59,178 nt of DNA from Phoronis australis (taxonomy: Eukaryota; Animalia; Phoronida). The notes under the pieces are model-generated. The model was not told where the DNA came from. It saw only the letters and a list, made by a program, of their open reading frames with translations, and did not search any database. The stretch is taken from NCBI GenBank assembly GCA_002633005.1, contig NMRA01000109.1, positions 347,846 through 407,023 on the forward strand, written 5' to 3'. Shown here one piece after another: positions 52,816 to 59,178 of this stretch; position 1 is the first letter of the stretch, and the number at the start of each line of letters is the position of its first letter. A program made the translations under genes and the position numbers.

Positions 52816-55668
52816 GTAAGATGTAGCGTAATGAATATGATACATTGTTGCGGAAATAGTTAAATGATATCATTTAAGAAGTTTTTTATGTTTAATCCAT
52901 GAGGTTCTAGTGTATTGAGCTTTTCTATCCAAAAATTTTCTCTTTTGAGTCTATGAGGTGTACTGGGGTGTTGGAGATTTTCTATTATTTGTACAGAACG
53001 ATCTTGAAGATTATGGTTTTTGGAATTGAAATGATTACCTATAGTATCAGAAATGTTTTATGTATTATGTTAAATCTATGATTACGAAATCGAGTTTGTA
53101 GATTATGTTGAGTTTGTCATACGTATTGGATAGAACATTTTTTACATGTTACAAGGTAAATAATATTGTTGGAGGTGCAATCAGAGTAATGCTTTATTTC
53201 AAAGTTGTCATTGATTCGGGAAGACTGGAAAAAAGTGCTATCGTTGATAAAGTTACACATTTTACACCTAATTTTGTTACCTTGTGTGTTGCCAATAGGT
53301 TTGTCAGTTTGATGTATATTGTCGATATTGGCTTTAACTAATTTTTGTTAGATTTTTACATTTTCTCCAAGAAATTATAGGCGGATGAGGAAATAGGTTT
53401 TTCATTTGAGGGGAAATATGCAGCGTGAAGAGATGTTTTCTGAAGACGTGGCTAATTCAGTTTAAACATGGATTGGACATAGTTATGAATGGTATTCTAT
53501 TAGTAGTATTGCCTTTTGTTTTAGATCCTTTGTCAAACTGTTTGTGTATAAGATGTAAGGGGAAATGACGTTGAACTAGATAGTGCTTGAGTTCTTTTAA
53601 ACGATTATCAAAGGAAGTTTCTTCTGAACAAATGCGTCGAATTCTTAGGGCAAGGCTATATGGAAGGCTTTTTTGCAATGAAAGGGATGACACGAGTGAT
53701 ATGACAGATATTGGTGTTTGTCAGTTTCTTTACAGAATAAGTGAGTTTCAACTTTATCATTACTAAGGATTATCGTTACATCTAAAAATGAGACTTTATT
53801 TTGAGAAATGTCATGAATGAACTTTATAGTATGGTGAAATTTGTTCATATTTTCTAAAAAATACATGTAATTTTTGTGAGCCATGGGTCCAGATCATAAA
53901 AATGTCATCAATGTACCTTAGCCACAGAAGAGGATTTTCAGAGCAGGATTTGATGAAGTTGTTTTTAAGATTTCCCATAAGAATATTGGTAAAAGTAGGA
54001 GCAACCCTAGTGCCCATAGCTGTGCCTAATATTTGGAGATAGTGATTATTATTAAAGGTAAAATGATTCATGGTAAGTACATGTTCAAGAAGAGAGCGAA
54101 TAAAAGATGTAGGCACATTAGGATTATTACGGTGACTAAGAAACTTGGTAGTATAGAGGCTTCTATGCCTTCATGTTGAGGAATATTAGTGTATAAGCTT
54201 TTAACATCAAGAGTTACGAGAAGGGCATTTTTAGGTATATCACTGCTGTTTTTAATTATATTAAGAAAATGATTGTATCTTTAACATACGAAGGAAGAGT
54301 GGGGACAAATTGCTGAAGATGGTAGTCGGCAAACTGAGAATTTTTTTCTGTAGGGCAGTTGTTGCGGGCTATAACTGGGCGTCCATGATTGCCTACTTTG
54401 TGGATTTTAGGAAAGAGATAAAAGCGACTTGGTTGAGCATCATTATGAATGAGGTAGTTTTTGGTGTTTTTGTCAATGTGACCTAAATGGAAAGCATTCA
54501 AAAGAGTTTTAGTTATAAGGCTGATATGTTTTGTGTTGGGTTATTATCTAAAAGTTTGTAGTATGCTGTGTCATTAAGTTGTCGGAGAGCCTCGTCAATA
54601 TATTTCTGCTTGTCCATTATAACAACTGCTGATCCTTTATCAGCTGGTTTAATTATGATTTCTTTGTTTTTAGCGAGATTTGTGAGGGCATCTTTTTCGG
54701 ACTTAGTAATATATATTAGTAGGTACGCTTTTTGTTATTCATAACGTCACATTCGAGGGCATGGTTTTGACTTTTAGGTGGATTCCATTTGCTTTTTTCT
54801 TGAAAGGATTAATTTCTAAAGGGAAGTTCTAGTTTTCATCTTTGGTGGGATTGTGAAAATATGCTGCCAATCTAAGACGTCTAGCGAACGTGTAAATATC
54901 AATTAGTTATTCATCTTTGTCAATATTAGTTTTCGTTGGACAGAAGTTAAGTCCTTTAGAAAGTAGGCTAACCTCACTATCAGGTTATGATTGATAAATT
55001 AACTACGTTTGTTTGTTTCGCATGTTATTGTTTTCCAAGTAATTGGTCTACGGAACCTTCTGGTGCGTTTTACTTTTTTATGGTGTCGTTGGTATTATCT
55101 GCAGGACCGTAGATGACGGTGGTAGGAATAGGTCGAAACGAAGTCGTTGTAGATGTCTTAGAGCATTTGTTCTTTCCTTTGTTCTTGTGGTGCCGTACTT
55201 TTTTCAAATTAGTGTGGCCGTTCTTGGGTGCGTTGAATTGTGCAATGTTGTCTTCACTTTGGGATTCATGTAGAGGCTCGAATCTGTAGGTGGTAGAGAT
55301 TACTTCATCTGATGTATACGACATATATTTGTTGTAGAATTGTTTTTGCCGTTTGATTTTCCAGTTACTTTAATCCATCAACTTTATCTTGGACATCAGC
55401 TGTGATAGATTTTTCTTTTGGAGGAGGTGTTGAGCACGTGTCTTCTATTGTTTGAATGAGATAGTTATTTGGAGCGTGTTTGCTGTCCAACAGGTTGAAA
55501 TGGTGGTTGCGGTGTAGAAGTAATATGGGCTTGCTGTTGATATTCTCTGAGGTGTATTTAATCCAACGTATTTTATTTCTAATAGTAGTGTTGACATAGA
55601 TGTCTCTATGAAAAAGGTACAAGTTGCGAATATTTCATATAGTGTTTGATTTTACTTTATTTCTGTTT

Positions 55669-55706
55669 CTGTTGACGAAGGACGTTATTACATCCGAAAA
55701 TTTCAG
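55669..55706 (+). ncRNA. Minimal hammerhead-ribozyme-like motif in the Penelope terminal repeat
   Basis: ctg-TTGACGA-a-ggacg(ttatta)catcc-GAAA-attt-cag; core has U instead of C3. A sense-orientation copy at about 51607-51644 (minus strand) is more degenerate. Confidence 0.5.
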
Positions 55707-56319
55707 TTGATCCATTCTTGTTGTTTTATTTACCTATTCATAATCTACATTTAGTGAAACAACAGTATCCTTAAGAAGATCTGGATCGCCTTATTTAGTT
55801 TCAGATTTATTTTCTACTTTATTTAATTTCAACACACTGAAAACACTTCATCATTCTATCATTCAGCCCCATATTGATTATTGTTAGCCGGTGTGGGTAT
55901 ATACCAGCGACACACTTACAAGCAACGTCCGGGTAATTCAAAATACAGCCGCCAGGGATAACCTGGGTACCAGAATTAGGAATACCGAGTCAACATCTTG
56001 TACTTCAAGCTTGAATCATGAAAGTAAAACAAAGAAACAAGTGACTCTGTATGCTTCATATGCAGAGCTGCAAATCCAATTGCAGTCAAGCTGTATACTC
56101 AATTTCCAAGCATGCCAACTTTTTCCATGCAGTGCGGCTTATTCTAAAGTGACGAATGAGTCCATTCCGGGCCTGAAACAGATTGTTATTGCAATTCATA
56201 ATTTGTTGGACTTACTGAACATTATGCTTGTCACTATAACAAAGTGCACTACTATGAATGTACATGTCGTATTTACAAAGGTAAACACAACAATTCATTT
56301 CTTAATGTATGATTTATAG

Positions 56320-56343
56320 GTGATGAAGTACACTGGTTCAAAG
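56320..56343 (+). CDS. 24-nt microexon (GDEVHWFK)
   Basis: cttaat branch-like motif, tttatag acceptor, AAG|gtaagt donor, phase 1-1. Confidence 0.75.
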
Positions 56344-56501
56344 GTAAGTATTTCATATTCCACAGTTTCAAAATAAGAATGACCAATGGAACAAGGGCAG
56401 TCATCAACGAAAAATTGACTAAATATTGCCAAATTCAACTTACTTTTATATAGTTCTTTCTGAGCGTAGCGATCACAAAAAGTAACAAATAATCTTGATT
56501 G

Positions 56502-56535
56502 TTTTCTGTTCTGTTCTGTTCTGTTCTGTTCTGTT
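56502..56535 (+). repeat. (TTCTG)n microsatellite
   Basis: About six TTCTG units directly upstream of the 56550 acceptor. Confidence 0.9.
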
Positions 56536-56549
56536 TAACGTTTATAAAG

Positions 56550-56575
56550 GTGCTGAAGGCTACAAATACTTTACA
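56550..56575 (+). CDS. 26-nt microexon (GAEGYKYFT)
   Basis: Pyrimidine tract plus aag acceptor, A|gtaagt donor, phase 1-0. Confidence 0.62.
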
Positions 56576-57038
56576 GTAAGTTTGCGGTCTTAAGCACATC
56601 CCTTCTGAATGTGAAAAAGCGGTTTTGTAGAGTACGCAAACACTTCTCAATCAACAAAATGTTTGTTGGAAGCGTTACTCAATCTGCTCCTTGGCTCTGA
56701 AAGCGAAGCCAGGAATTACACGCTTTATAATTTTGTGACAATGTCTGCCCACCTTATGCACCTAAAACAGAATCACACTTCCTCTCTTCGTCTTCTTAGT
56801 GGTGTATATTTCAAATGCCCACATTTTTGCACATTTTATTAAAGCTATTGACAAAGTCTGAACAATGAAGATGTGAATCGTTCTTTCCCAAAACAATCCA
56901 TGCGTTATGGTAGCTGTTTAGAGGAAATGGGAAATATAACGTACAGTAGAATTGTATTTTGCTTATTTGTGTCCCGTATGGTTTCAAATTATCCATTGTT
57001 TATACATATATCTTATACAACGTGTGTGTATCCACCAG

Positions 57039-57061
57039 TGGTTACCCTATTGAGATTAGTG
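57039..57061 (+). CDS. 23-nt microexon (xGYPIEIS)
   Basis: tccaccag acceptor, G|gtatgt donor, phase 2-1; carries the hemopexin GYPxxIS motif. Confidence 0.62.
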
Positions 57062-57834
57062 GTATGTAAAATTATTTGAACGTGGGCGAAGCCCAAATCC
57101 TTTTGCATGTCACAAATAGAGACATAATAGCATACTGGTAAAAACACGTACGTTATTTAACGCATTTACGCTATATGCCCCGATGAGGTCTCTTTAAAGA
57201 AGCAGGTTTATATAGATTGCTCTGCTTGTTTTTGTGACGTTTGCCATCTTTTATCAATGATGATTGCAGGTTGCGTGAAACGTATACGTGTAGGCAATGT
57301 ATTTTATGAATGAATTTTTGCAGCCTGCATGACACGGCAGTTCAAGCTGTATTTCAGAGCAGCTACAGACTTGGGGTGCATAACTGTTATTTTCAGTATT
57401 TTCGTCAGTGTTAAACCTGAAATCTATTGCTAAGTTAAAGTTTGCACACATTTTTGACGGTTTTCTTGATTTTCTTGAGTAATAACAGCAGAACACCCAG
57501 ACTTTGCGGCTGATGCACGTTCGCACGCTTCCTAAAAATGCTCCTTGTGCGTACTTCTTATCATTTTTAGGTGCAAAATATTCAGAAATTTATCATAAAA
57601 TTGACAAAAATACAGTGTTTACAGTAGTAGCAGATTTGCTTTTGGGCTAGGCGTATTTTGATTTTTTGAGAATGAATTTTAAATTGTCTCATATTTGACC
57701 GTAGAGAACCTTATCTGGCTTACTGCGACGGGTGACCAAAAGGAGTCATGGATTGGTACTGTTTATTGCTTTTCTCTGAATCAAATTATATTGATGAAAT
57801 GTCGAGATTTTTGTGCTTTAAGTGTTCTCTTCAG

Positions 57835-57849
57835 CTGCAAATTTTCAAG
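57835..57849 (+). CDS. 15-nt microexon (AANFQ-G)
   Basis: gttctcttcag acceptor, AAG|gtatat donor, phase 1-1; completes GYPIEISAANFQG. Confidence 0.55.
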
Positions 57850-58080
57850 GTATATGATGACAAAGTGTCAACAATATTTTTATTACACTTTTTCGTTTAG
57901 TTTTGAAAACGCATATCATAGTATTGTCATGCGAAAATATTGCGCACGGAGCTAAACCCAAAGTCATGCTATTTATCCCATACGCGCTAAATCTGACGAG
58001 GGAAATTCGGCCATGTAATAAAGTTTTCCGCATTCACCTCCCGCACTACTTCAACAGCGACCTCTGACATGGAAAGTTAA

Positions 58081-59178
58081 AGTCCTTGTCTCACGCGTTG
58101 TTAACCCTTATTACATGGTTAGAAGATGTTATAAGGATCCAAGAAGTACCTACCCCATAACTAATACACGATCCGTACTCGAAAACAGTTTAAATGAACG
58201 CGCCACTCACGATTCGCACCCGAAGAAACACCGCCATTTTGAACTTGCCGCGAACCCGGAAGTACAATTCATTCAGGAACCCAGGCCGAGAAAACGCCGT
58301 CAGTGCGACTGGAGCAGTGCCTGTACTGTTACCAGCCAGCAAACGGGGATAAAAAAAATCGACAGCGCGTCTTAATTTTGATAAAATCAAACTACGGACA
58401 ATTTTATGGAATTTGCTGAAGAAATGTGGCGAATAAATTTTGACAGAAATTATTTTGCTAGACTCGGGACCGCAGCCTATCGATCGGGACCCGGTGCGGA
58501 TCGAGACCAGACACTGGCGAACGGTAAATGCATGCGGTTGCAAGCTGTTTTGTCGAAGTAAAATGGTCAAATCATAAATGCTGCATATATTCAAGGGTAG
58601 TTTCAGACACTTGCATGAAATTACGGGCTGGTTAGTCCTGTGTCACACTGCCGCGGCAGACCTTAGTTAGCCTCAGTCACCAGCTACCAGTGAAGACATA
58701 GTCAAAATACAGCTTGTTAGTAGGCCTATGCAGCCTCCCGTTCAGTAGCGCTAGGACCTCGCTATGAAGCAAGACTTAGCGAGATTACGTGAGATATTGC
58801 CGTGTATTTTAAATGAGAACATGTGACTTTGACTAGGATTTTGCAAGGTTCTAGCGTAGGTCCTAGCGTCTACTAAACGCACGCCAGCTTTGCGCCAAGA
58901 CTACCCTTAGGCCTAACTGGTCGCTGGCCACAAACACAAAAACACGAAAATTTAACAAAGTTTCTTTTTTGTAGCAACGTTTGTCAAAATGTATCAACGT
59001 TAAGTCTTCACAAATTACAAAGTAGCCGATTGAACATGCCTTTCAGTTCAGCAAAAGTCGACATTGTAGGTGCCGCCAGAAATGAGACGAAGTCCAACGG
59101 GAATGTGAGCACATTTATCTCTTAATGAGTAACAACTGCGAGGCTGAAATTTGGTGAACACTGTGGAATCGTGCAGAA
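58081..59178. mobile_element. Second copy (inverted, runs off window) of Kolobok-like element 19466-21296
   Basis: Starts TTAA|AGTCCTTGTCTCACG; close reverse complement of 20201-21296. Confidence 0.9.

Larger units (their letters stand above)
51569..55821 (-). mobile_element. Penelope-like element (RT + GIY-YIG, probably Neptune-type), decayed, with inverted terminal copy
   Basis: VVNLS..SLLSKGLNFCPT, IKPADKGSAVV, GTAMGTRVAP, WLRYIDDIF, VSFLDV, HQYL..SCHP, SLPYSLALRIRRICS; CxxC linker; NIIYLVTCKKCSIQYV*QT endonuclease. Region 51577-51672 is repeated inverted at 55635-55735. Confidence 0.92.
51250..56200 (+). mobile_element. CR1/L2-group LINE RT C-terminal relic, split by the Penelope insertion
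   Basis: LNDELATVHDWLVHNKL..NVSKT, FKNLGLILDPNLKFNIH (51250-51568) continuing as FNTLKTLHHSIIQPHIDYC*PVW and IQNTAAR (55822 onward); tttaatttcaa duplicated at both junctions. Confidence 0.75.

Noticed and set aside
57571-57650. Candidate exon after strong tcatttttag acceptor
   Set aside because: No good donor before the in-frame stop; 57835-57849 fits the hemopexin pattern better.
58115-58375. Duplicated ORF (also 21020-21307) as a protein-coding gene
   Set aside because: Identity is explained by two copies of the same non-autonomous transposon; no recognisable domain.

Overview
AT-rich animal genomic DNA, most likely a marine invertebrate; the organism cannot be determined from the window alone. 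There are no prokaryotic operons, rRNA or CRISPR. The window appears to lie inside one large + strand intron-rich gene that starts and ends outside it. Its exons are mostly symmetric phase-1: a degenerate mini-kringle (697-870), a TSP1 repeat (4450-4641), three small Cys-containing modules, a canonical kringle (17337-17639), and then a run of 12-30 nt microexons spread over 17 kb (40445-57849). Spliced in frame, these microexons read as a hemopexin-like repeat (FKVGMQYFRDGDEVHWFKGAEGYKYFT...GYPIEISAANFQG) that no ORF track shows. The introns hold nested transposon relics, many with readable termini and TSDs: Sola3-like, Academ, Kolobok-like (one family with THAP), an inverted pair of decayed hAT elements, Helentron/HINE elements with arrays of CTCF-like motifs, ISL2EU-like, hAT5-like MITEs, LOA-like and CR1/L2 LINEs (one with a 2A-like motif), a solo LTR, a Gypsy relic and a tRNA-derived SINE. 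A Penelope-like element has hammerhead-like terminal repeats and an OTU-like fragment upstream of its RT. All family assignments come from reading motifs by eye; no searches were run.
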